NCBI GenBank assembly: GCA_036500325.1
Contig: DASYCG010000116.1
Span: forward strand, 12,308 to 76,307
Source: Herbaspirillum sp.
Lineage (GTDB): Bacteria; Pseudomonadota; Gammaproteobacteria; Burkholderiales; Burkholderiaceae_D
DNA length: 64,000 nt
Direction of reading: 5' to 3'
A program made the position numbers and the translations under genes. Of this stretch, positions 39,281 through 48,600 are shown in pieces. The number at the start of each line of letters is the position of its first letter. Position 1 is the first letter of the stretch. The notes below the pieces were generated by a model, which was not told the DNA's origin, made no database searches, and saw only the letters and a list, made by a program, of their open reading frames with translations.

Positions 39281-42085
39281 ATGTTCGATTTTCTGTTTAA
39301 ACGGCGCAGCGCCGGCAATACTTCCTCCAAACAAGCCGACGAAGCACAAGCCGCCGCCACCGCGGCCACGGCCGAACGCGCAAAAAACCGCCAACAAGAG
39401 CGCGATCAGGCGATGCAGCAGGCTGCGTCGTTGGCCGACGAGCCGAGCGCGCTGGCATTCGTTTTGCAATGCGAATTTGCCGACGCGCGGCTGCAGGCGG
39501 CGCAATGGCTGCAAAGCGCCGAAGCGCTGACGGAAGCGCTGCGTGCGGTGCGCAATAGCGACCGGCGCGTCGCCAAATTACTGCAGACGCGACTGACATC
39601 TTTGCAGCAACTGGAACACGCACAGACGCAAATGCAGGCCGTGCTGGAACAGACCGAAGCTTTGCTGCGCGAACCGGCGCCGACACCGGATCGCGCCGCC
39701 GACGTGGATCGGGCCTGGAGCGCCGCCACCAGTTCAGTTTCAACGCCGGCAGGCGATGCTTTGGCGACGCAATTTGCGGCATTGCGCGAGGCATTAAGCC
39801 AGCGGCTCGGCATGCAGGCGCAATTGCAGCGCTCGCTGGTCGATACGCGTCTGCAACTGCAAAAAATGCAAGAAGCGTTGCAGGCAAAGGCGTCCGGAAG
39901 CGCTATCGAGGACGGCGAGGCCGATCCGGAACTGGATGCAATGCCGGCGGCACTGGACCGTCTGCAGCAGCAAATCGCTCAAGACCGCGATGCGCCGGAA
40001 GCGGCAGCGTTGCCGAAGCAATTACTGCCGGATTGCGAACGTCTGCTGGATGCATGCCGTGCCACGCATGCGCAGCTTGCAGCCAAACAGACGGCCGATG
40101 CCGCGGCGCGTTTGCTGCGTTCGCAATCGGCGTCTGAACATACCGGACATGCTGAAGACCCGATTAACGAAGCGAGTCCGGAATTTGATCCGCAAGCAGA
40201 GCCGGCTTCACCATCTGGATCATTACGTGAGTCACCGCCCGAATTGCCACGCGAATCAAAATCCGAATCAAATTTAAAATCGCAATCTTCCAGGTCCGGT
40301 CGTTCATCGAAACCGGCTGCGTCCGCGGCTGCCGCCGCCGGTCCGGAACAATTATCGCAATGGCTGGATTTGCTCGCGCAGCTGGAAGCCTCGCTGGAGC
40401 AGGGCGCATTGCAGGGCGCGAGCGAAGCGGAACGCGCGCTGCGTGCTTACGACGTACGCGCGCTCAAACCTGCCGCCGAAGCGGCCTCCCGGCTGAGCGT
40501 CGCCTACGCGGCCTTGCATCATTTGCAAGGCTGGGCTCGGTGGGGCGGCAATATTTCACGCGAAGAATTGTTGCAGGCCGCACTAGCGCTGCCCGGGCAA
40601 ACGCTGCCGGTGCCGGAACTGGTCCAGAAAATCGGCGGCTTGCGGGCACGCTGGAAGTTGCTATCCGTTTCGGCAGGACCGGCGCCGCAAGCTTTATGGG
40701 AACAATTCGATGCCGCCTGCACCGCGGCTTACGCGCCGGCTGCGGCACAGTTCGAGCAGCAAGATAAAGAACGTCAGGAAAACCGCCTGCTGGCTGAAGC
40801 GTTGATCGCCGAAGTAGTGGAGTTCGTGCAAGAGCAGCGCGAGATGATTGCCACACTGACGACCCTTACGTCGTTTGCAGCAGCCGATGTGTCCGATCCG
40901 GCTGCCGAACAAGCCGCGCAACCTGCCTGGAAGCAGATCGCGCAATTCGAAGCGCGGGCACGTCAAGCCTGGCAACGCCTGGGGCCGTTGGGCCATAAGG
41001 AAAAGCGCACGTTGGAACGCGCCTTCAGCGCTGCGCTGAAACCGGTGCAAACGCCGTTGCGCAGTCGGCAAAAAATCGAAATCGCCGCGCGCGAGGCGAT
41101 GATCGCCGAAGTCGCCGCCCTGACCTCGGAGGATCGGCAAGCGCTCGACACATTGCGCCGGATCCAGGCCGAATGGCAGCAGCGCGCACAGGGTGTTCCG
41201 CTGGCGCGCAAGGATGAACAGGCATTGTGGCAATCATTCCGTGCGGCTTGCGATGCCGTATTCGCGCAACGCAAGGAAGCGGCGCTCAATCAGGACGCGC
41301 AACGGCAGACCCATCTGCAAGCAAAAGAAGATATATGCGCGCAACTGGAGCAAGCAGCGACTACTGCTGCTGACGCCGGCGCAGCCGATCCGGCAATCGA
41401 TCCGGCTACGCAAGTACAGGCGCAGGAAGCCTTGCAACAGGCCAAAGCTGCATGGTCGCGTATCGGGCCGGTACCGCGCGCGGCAGAGAAAGCCATTGAA
41501 AAGCGCTACCGCGATGCCGCCGCTACACTGCAAAGCCTGTTGCAAACCGCACAGGACAACGCAGCCGCCGCAGCGCGTGCCGCCGAGGCTGCGCAAATCG
41601 ATGAACGGCTGGCGATGTGTTTCGCGTTGGATGCCGTTCTGGCGCAAGGGACGCTGACTGCCGAAGAGACCGATGCATGGCGTTCCCGCTGGCAAGCCGC
41701 GCCGCACTTGACACCTGCAGCACGCGTGCTGGAACAAATATTGACGCAGCGGTTTGAGGCCGCCCTGGCCGGCGCGGTGGCCGGTGCTGTCCCCGACACG
41801 GCATCGACCGGCGAAGCGTATCTGCACTATCTGCAGCAACAGCGTGCGCGCTTCGACGATACATTGCTGGAAGTCGAAATTGCGCTCGGCCTGGATAGTC
41901 CGCCAGAATTGGCGCGGCAACGCATGCAATTGCAAGTGGCGTTATTGCAGTCTTCGATGAAAGCCGGTGCGCCGGTCTTGAGCGGCCGGCAGCAATTGGC
42001 GCGGTTGTGCGCACTGCCGGCATTGGCCGACCAGGCAACGCTGACGCGCGTCGGTAATGTTGTGCGGCAGGCGCTGCAGCATTGA
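39281..42085 (+). CDS. DUF349-family coiled-coil protein
   Basis: MFDFLFKR start; repeated W...GP....LW..F..ACDA units; Pro/Ser-rich linker. Confidence 0.75.
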   Translation: MFDFLFKRRSAGNTSSKQADEAQAAATAATAERAKNRQQERDQAMQQAASLADEPSALAFVLQCEFADARLQAAQWLQSAEALTEALRAVRNSDRRVAKLLQTRLTSLQQLEHAQTQMQAVLEQTEALLREPAPTPDRAADVDRAWSAATSSVSTPAGDALATQFAALREALSQRLGMQAQLQRSLVDTRLQLQKMQEALQAKASGSAIEDGEADPELDAMPAALDRLQQQIAQDRDAPEAAALPKQLLPDCERLLDACRATHAQLAAKQTADAAARLLRSQSASEHTGHAEDPINEASPEFDPQAEPASPSGSLRESPPELPRESKSESNLKSQSSRSGRSSKPAASAAAAAGPEQLSQWLDLLAQLEASLEQGALQGASEAERALRAYDVRALKPAAEAASRLSVAYAALHHLQGWARWGGNISREELLQAALALPGQTLPVPELVQKIGGLRARWKLLSVSAGPAPQALWEQFDAACTAAYAPAAAQFEQQDKERQENRLLAEALIAEVVEFVQEQREMIATLTTLTSFAAADVSDPAAEQAAQPAWKQIAQFEARARQAWQRLGPLGHKEKRTLERAFSAALKPVQTPLRSRQKIEIAAREAMIAEVAALTSEDRQALDTLRRIQAEWQQRAQGVPLARKDEQALWQSFRAACDAVFAQRKEAALNQDAQRQTHLQAKEDICAQLEQAATTAADAGAADPAIDPATQVQAQEALQQAKAAWSRIGPVPRAAEKAIEKRYRDAAATLQSLLQTAQDNAAAAARAAEAAQIDERLAMCFALDAVLAQGTLTAEETDAWRSRWQAAPHLTPAARVLEQILTQRFEAALAGAVAGAVPDTASTGEAYLHYLQQQRARFDDTLLEVEIALGLDSPPELARQRMQLQVALLQSSMKAGAPVLSGRQQLARLCALPALADQATLTRVGNVVRQALQH

Positions 42086-42087
42086 CG

Positions 42088-43041
42088 ATGGCAACCATCG
42101 ATAATCTCCCCGGCAATGCCGATACGGATGCCGGCGCAGACGCAGGCGTGATACCTGCTGCACCGTTCTCGTGGAGAAAATATCTATTGCCGTGCGTGCC
42201 GGCCTTATTTGTCTTGATCTGGAGCACCGGCTTTATCGTCGCCAAATTCGGCTTGCCGTATGCGCCGCCATTGACCTTCCTGCTATTGCGTTTTGTCGGC
42301 GTGCTGGTGTTTCTGCTGCCTTTGGTTCTCATTCTGCGCAGCGATTGGCCGGCCGGGAAAATCGGGCATATCGCAGTGGCGGGCATTTTGATGCAAGCCG
42401 GTTATGTGGGCGGCGTATGGTGTGCGATTGCACTCGGCATGCCGGCCGGTCTGTCGGCGCTGATCGTGGGAATGCAGCCGATCCTGACGGCATTTGCGGC
42501 GTCATTCGTCGGCGAGTCGGTGCAACGCAAGCAATGGATCGGGCTGGTGCTGGGTTTGTGCGGCGTCGGGCTGGTGGTCGCCAGCAAGATTTCATTAATC
42601 GGTTTGTCCTGGCAAAGCATTGCCTGCAGCGTCATTGCATTGCTGTCGATCACGGCCGGCACGCTATATCAAAAACGGTTTTGTCCGCACTTCGATCTGC
42701 GTACCGGCACCATTGTGCAATTTGCCGCATCCGCGCTGGCCATACTGCCGTTGGCGATCTGGGTTGAACACTTCGATCTATCCATGGCGAGCGTGCACTG
42801 GACGCCCAATTTTATCGGCGCGCTGTTATGGTCGGTGCTTGCGCTGTCCATCGGCGCTGCATTTCTGCTATTCATGCTGATTCGCCAGAGCGCGGCGACG
42901 CGGGTGACTGGCCTGATGTACATGACGCCGCCGACCACGGCTATCATGGCGTGGCTGATGTTCGGCGAGGCGTTCTCGCTGATCGGCGCACTGGGAATGT
43001 TGGTGGCGGTGGTCGGTGTGGCGTTTGTGGTGAGGAAGTAA
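42088..43041 (+). CDS. DMT/EamA-family transporter
   Basis: FVLIWSTGF, L.LRF, QPILT, two EamA repeats. Confidence 0.9.
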   Translation: MATIDNLPGNADTDAGADAGVIPAAPFSWRKYLLPCVPALFVLIWSTGFIVAKFGLPYAPPLTFLLLRFVGVLVFLLPLVLILRSDWPAGKIGHIAVAGILMQAGYVGGVWCAIALGMPAGLSALIVGMQPILTAFAASFVGESVQRKQWIGLVLGLCGVGLVVASKISLIGLSWQSIACSVIALLSITAGTLYQKRFCPHFDLRTGTIVQFAASALAILPLAIWVEHFDLSMASVHWTPNFIGALLWSVLALSIGAAFLLFMLIRQSAATRVTGLMYMTPPTTAIMAWLMFGEAFSLIGALGMLVAVVGVAFVVRK

Positions 43042-43324
43042 AAAAACAAAAACGCGATCGGATCAGGAGGCGCTTGATGATGATTGCAACGAATTGCGGT
43101 TCATTGCGAATCGTTGGACTCGTTGCAATGCATTGAGATGCATTGTGATGCATTGAATAATGCGTAAATAATTTATCGCGAATTTATTGTGGTTTTTTGT
43201 GACAGATTAATCGCGTCGGGTTGTCAATTTTAACCAAAATTTACGCCAATCTTCCCAAAAATACATGTTGACGTGGTTTTAAATAGAATTTTGTTTAATT
43301 TAAACTGCTAAGCCACTAATTCCC

Positions 43325-43352
43325 TTGTGGTTTTTGGTGATTTTGCTACACT
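43325..43352 (+). promoter_or_regulatory. Putative extended -10 promoter for pbpG
   Basis: TTGTGG, 16 bp, TG-c-TACACT. Confidence 0.4.
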
Positions 43353-43388
43353 ACTTTCAGTTCAAGAACCGGGTAAGGGGAGTCGCTG

Positions 43389-44519
43389 ATGATCAAATCT
43401 GCGGTGGCAATATTTTCTTCGCTATGTTTTGTTGTCAGTATCTCTCACGCCGAGGTAAAAGCATCGTCCTCCGCGCCGCATAAGAAAGCTGTCGCCAAAA
43501 AAGTAGTCGTCCAAAAGTCAGTCGGGCACACCAAGTTAGTCGCTAAAGCGTCCGTCAAAAAGACGCAAGTCAGCGGTCTCAACAAAAACGAAAAATTAGT
43601 CAAACACACCATCGTGGCCCGTGGCAAACGCCATGTGGTCTATCATCGCGTTGCCATTGCCCCAGCAGTCCCTGTGGTGCCGCCAGTGATTTCGGCCGGC
43701 GAATTGGCCGGGCTGAATCTGACGCATGATCCGCTGGCGCTGAAATCGAATGTCGCCTTTGTGATGGATCAGGCGAGTTCGCAAGTGCTGTTCGAGAAGA
43801 ATGCCAACGTGGCGTTGCCGATTGCTTCTGTCACCAAGCTGATGACGGCAATGGTGGTAGTGGAATCGAATCAGAATATGAATGAAGTGCTGGAAGTGAC
43901 CGACGATGATGTCGATCGCGAAAAATTTAGCACATCGCGCTTGCGCGTCGGGTCGAAATTGACCCGTGACGACATGCTGCACATTGCGCTGATGGCTTCG
44001 GAAAACCGCGCTGCATCGGCGTTGGGACGGAATTATCCGGGCGGCCTGCCGGCCTTCGTCGCCGCGATGAACGCCAAGGCCAAAGCGCTGGGAATGCACG
44101 ACACGCATTACAACGATTCGACCGGCTTATCCAAAACCAATGTGGCAAGCGCCGCCGATCTGGCCAAACTGGTGGTGGCTGCGTATCAGCATCCGATCAT
44201 TCGCAAGTATTCGACCGATACCAAATACTTTGTCGAACCCAATAGCCATTCGACCATGCAATACGGTAGTTCGAATCCGCGCCTGACCTTGAATAAGGAT
44301 TGGGATATCGGCTTGCAAAAAACCGGCTACATCAATGAAGCAGGTCACTGCCTGGTACTGCAAACGCGTATCGACGGCCGCCCGGTGGTGATGGTTTTCC
44401 TGGATTCCAAAGGCAAGTACTCGCACGTTGCCGATGCAACCCGGATGCGTCAATGGCTGGCCAGCCACACACAGCAGAATATGACCCGCCTGGTCAGCAA
44501 GTCCGATAGCCAGAGCTAG
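43389..44519 (+). CDS. pbpG: D-alanyl-D-alanine endopeptidase (PBP7)
   Basis: SxxK (ASVTKLM), SxN (SEN), KTG; signal peptide and Lys-rich linker. Confidence 0.88.
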   Translation: MIKSAVAIFSSLCFVVSISHAEVKASSSAPHKKAVAKKVVVQKSVGHTKLVAKASVKKTQVSGLNKNEKLVKHTIVARGKRHVVYHRVAIAPAVPVVPPVISAGELAGLNLTHDPLALKSNVAFVMDQASSQVLFEKNANVALPIASVTKLMTAMVVVESNQNMNEVLEVTDDDVDREKFSTSRLRVGSKLTRDDMLHIALMASENRAASALGRNYPGGLPAFVAAMNAKAKALGMHDTHYNDSTGLSKTNVASAADLAKLVVAAYQHPIIRKYSTDTKYFVEPNSHSTMQYGSSNPRLTLNKDWDIGLQKTGYINEAGHCLVLQTRIDGRPVVMVFLDSKGKYSHVADATRMRQWLASHTQQNMTRLVSKSDSQS

Positions 44520-44558
44520 CACACTGGGCTGGCGCGAGCCAGTCCGTAATTTAATCCT

Positions 44559-45350
44559 TCAGGGCGATGCCGAAGGAAGATAACCCAGCGCCAATGAAAT
44601 CTGATTGGCGGTCTGCATCAAATCTTCCGTCCATTCTTCCTGCAAACGGTCAGCCGGCGCCGAAATCGACAGCCCGGCAATCAACTTGCCCGAGTCGTCG
44701 CGAATCCCCACCGCCATGCAGCGCACACCCAATTCCAGTTCTTCATTATCCCGCGCGCAACCCGAAGCACGCACCGAACTCAACTCGCGTTCCAGTTTGG
44801 CCAAATCCGTAATCGAATTCTTATTGTGCCCAGCCAATCCGGTGCGGGTCGCGTAGGCGCGTACGGCTTTCGGTTCATCGATCGATAGAAACAGTTTTCC
44901 GGTAGAGGTCAGATGCAGTGGCGCACGGCCGCCGATGGCACGCACTACCTGCATGCCGGAACGTTCCGAGAAAGCGCGGTCTATATACACGATCTCGTCG
45001 CTTTGACGTACCGATAAATTGACTGTCTGATGGGTTTTTCGATGCAGGGCGCGCATGAAATCGATTGCCGCTTCGCGCACGCTCAGCCGGCTTTTGACGA
45101 TATTGCCCAGCTCCAGCAAGCGCATCCCCAGGCGGTAAGCGCCCGGTTCCGAGCGCTCGACGAGGCGTTTGAGCACCAGATCGTTAAGAATGCGGTGCGC
45201 GGTCGATGGATGCAGTTTGGTGACGGCCGACAATTCTTTCAGACTGACCGGATCAGGGTAATTCGCCAGCGCGTCCAGCAAGGACATCATGCGTTCGATG
45301 ACTTGAATAGAGGTGGTGCTGGCGCCGGGCTCGGAGTGATCTGTTTTCAT
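44559..45350 (-). CDS. IclR-family transcriptional regulator
   Basis: HTH LHPSTAHRIL, G.RAPLHLTSTGK, DNEELELGVRC.AV. Confidence 0.93.
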   Translation of the reverse strand: MKTDHSEPGASTTSIQVIERMMSLLDALANYPDPVSLKELSAVTKLHPSTAHRILNDLVLKRLVERSEPGAYRLGMRLLELGNIVKSRLSVREAAIDFMRALHRKTHQTVNLSVRQSDEIVYIDRAFSERSGMQVVRAIGGRAPLHLTSTGKLFLSIDEPKAVRAYATRTGLAGHNKNSITDLAKLERELSSVRASGCARDNEELELGVRCMAVGIRDDSGKLIAGLSISAPADRLQEEWTEDLMQTANQISLALGYLPSASP

Positions 45351-45642
45351 GGTGCTTGAACAGGAACGGGAAAGTCACATTTATACCACAATGTGAAAAA
45401 TTCAAAAAGTGCTGCGCTGCACACAAGAGCGAAATCAGAATCATAACCCCATGAAATGCGAATTAATTGCTGTTGGGATAGCCTCAATCGCGCCGTCCGA
45501 CAGTAGACTGTCGGTTCCTTGACGTTCGTATTACCACGTACCGGATTTAGCAACAAAACCTAAAAATGCCGCGGCGATTGCAATTAGGCCAGCGGTCGTA
45601 AGCATCGACCATAAGTATTGGTTATAACGCATTGGGGAAAAC

Positions 45643-48600
45643 ATGGAATTGCGGGATCGAATGGGCTTTTGGGGAGCGTCGAAGCTGGCTGCGGCAGCCA
45701 CATTGATGACAGTGACCGCGATAACAGCAGTAACAGCAGTAAGCGCGCAAGCCGCCGGCATTACCGTTTTCTCGCCGCAAGGCGAAGTAAGCCAGATCCG
45801 CCAGGTCCGGGCCGGTTTTTCGGAGCCTGCCGTCAAATTCGGCGATCCCCGCGCAGAGTCGCCATTCGATATTGCCTGCACCGCGGCGATACCGACGCCG
45901 GGCAGCGCTCGCTGGGCCGATGCCAAAAACTGGGTCTACGATTTCCAGCAAGACCTCCCGCCCGGCGCCAGTTGCAGCTTCAAACTCAAGCCCGGCTTCA
46001 AATTGCTGTCCGGCGCCGCGCCATCCGGCAAAACCGCCTTCACTTTCAATACCGGCGGCCCCGCCGTCACCCAAATACATCCATCCGGCGGGAACATCGA
46101 CGAAGACCAGATGTTCGTCCTGATCCAGAACGGCCCTGCTACCGAAGCATCGGTGCGCGACCACGTCTATTGCGAAGCCGAAGGCATTCATGAGCGGATT
46201 CCGGCAAAGGCAGTCGACGCCGCAGCGCGTCAGCAATTGCTGAAGTACTTTGCCAAAAATGTCGACCCGGCGCGCGTCTCGACGCTCCAATGCCAGCAAC
46301 GCTTTCCCAACAATGCCGCGGTCAAGCTGATTTGGGATAAAGGCATTGCAACGTCATTGGGCATCGCAACCACCCATCCGCAAAGTTTCAAATTCCAGGT
46401 ACGTCCCGAATTCAGTGCCGATTTCAGCTGCCAGCGCGAAAACGCCAACGCCGCATGTTCCCCCATTTTGCCGATGCAGCTTTCCTTTTCCGCGCCGATC
46501 GCACGCAAATTGGCGGAAGGCATCGTGCTCGATACCGGTAAGCAAAAAATCAAGCCAACCCTGGATCCGGCCGATACCGCGCCAACGGTAACGGACGTCA
46601 CATTCAAACCGCCGTTCCCCGAAAAAACCGATTTCACGATTACGCTGCCGAGCGGGTTCAAGGATGACGGCGGCCGCGTGCTGGTCAATGCCGACCGATT
46701 CCCGCTGAAGTCGCGCAGCGCCGACTATCCGCCGCTTGCCAAATTTGCCGCGGCGCCGTTCGGCATCGTGGAGCTGAATGCCGACCCCGCATTGCCGCTG
46801 ACCTTGCGCCGCGTAGAAAAGAATCTGCAAATGCGTCAGGCCGACGGCAAAACTGCGCCCGGCACGGTAGCGAACCTGAAAGTCGATGACGACAAAGGCA
46901 TCATCGCCTGGATGAGCCGGCTGAACCGTCCCGAACAATGGGGCAGCAGCGACAAGAAAGCCATCGACACGCGCAGTGTCGGCTGGCTGGCCAAGGAGCG
47001 CGGCGTCAAGTTGCTGAATTTGCCGCAATTACCGGATGCGACCGGCGACGAGCGGCCGTTCGAAGTAGTCGGCATTCCATTCTCGGCGCCCGGTTTCTAC
47101 GTGCTTGAACTGGCATCGCAAAAACTCGGTGCATCGTTGCTCGGCAAGCCCGTGCCGATGTACGTCCGCAGCAGCGCGCTGGTGACCAATCTGTCGGTCC
47201 ACGTCAAGCTGGGCCGCGAAAACGGCGCCGTGTGGGTCACCACACTGGACAGCGCCGCGCCGGTGCCGGGCGCCGACGTGCGCATTTCCAATTGCCAGGG
47301 CACCGAACTGTGGCGCGGTAAAACCAATGCAACAGGCGTAGCAATGGTCGCGCCGCTGCCGCCGGATGCCTGTACCGATCTGCCTTATGAAGAAGGCCGT
47401 CTGAACGGCTTTTTCGTCAGCGCCCGCAAAACCGATGCGCAAGGCCGCGCCGACATGGCGTTTGCGCTGACATCGTGGAACGAAGGCATTGAATCCTGGC
47501 GTTTCAATTTTCCCAACGACACTTCGCGTACCGCGACAGTGCGCGCGCATACCGTGCTGGATCGTCCCTTATTCCGCGCCGGCGAAACGGTATCGATGAA
47601 ACATGTGATCCGGCTTGAAACCATGCAGGGCTTCGCCTTGATGCCGAAAAACCGCTTGCCGACCCGAGTCAGAATTATTCATCAGGGTAGTGGGCAGGAA
47701 TTCCAGATGCCGCTGATCTGGCGCGACGGCAAGCACGGCGAAACCGTCTTCAACATTCCGCAACAGGCCAAGCTCGGCACCTACGAGATCATGCTGGACA
47801 GCGGCACGGTGAAAGACGGCAATGCACCGGTCGCGATGGAAGAAACCTATGGCAATACCGTCTACGACACCGGCAGTTTCCGCGTTGAAGAATTCCGTCT
47901 GCCGGTATTGCAGGGGCGCATTACGCCACCGAAAGGTGCTCAGATAGCGCCGCAGCAATTGCCGCTGGACGTGCAATTGAATTATCTGAACGGCGGTGGC
48001 GCAGCCGGCCATAGCGTGCAAGTGAGCAGCATGTTGCGCGGAAAATCCGTCAATTTTGCCGGCTACGATGACTACACATTCGCCGCACCGCAGGAGTCGG
48101 GCAACGACAACAGCGCAGATGAAGACGGCAATCCAGGCAGCAGCGCAGACAGCAGCGACGATCAAAAAATCATCGCAGACAAACTCAGTGTCACGCTCGA
48201 TAAAAACGGCGCAGGCCGCACGGTCATCAAAAATGTACCGGCCATCCGGCGTCCGCAGGAATTGCTGACCGAAATGACCTACGCCGATCCCAACGGCGAA
48301 ATTCAGACCGTCTCGACCGTGACGCCGATCTGGCCTTCCGCAGTAGTGGTCGGCATCAAGGCCGGCGATTGGGTCTCGGTCAAGAAAAAGATGACCGTCA
48401 CGGCGATCGCTTTGGATACCGCCGGCAAAATTCTGGCCGGCGTGCCGATCTCTTTGCATGCAATCGCCCATCAAAGCAATTCGCATCGCAAACGCATGGT
48501 CGGCGGTTTTTACGCCTACGAGAATAACAAGACCTCGCACGATCTCGGCGAACTCTGCTCGGGCAAGACCGACCGTAACGGCATGTTCATTTGCGAAGCG

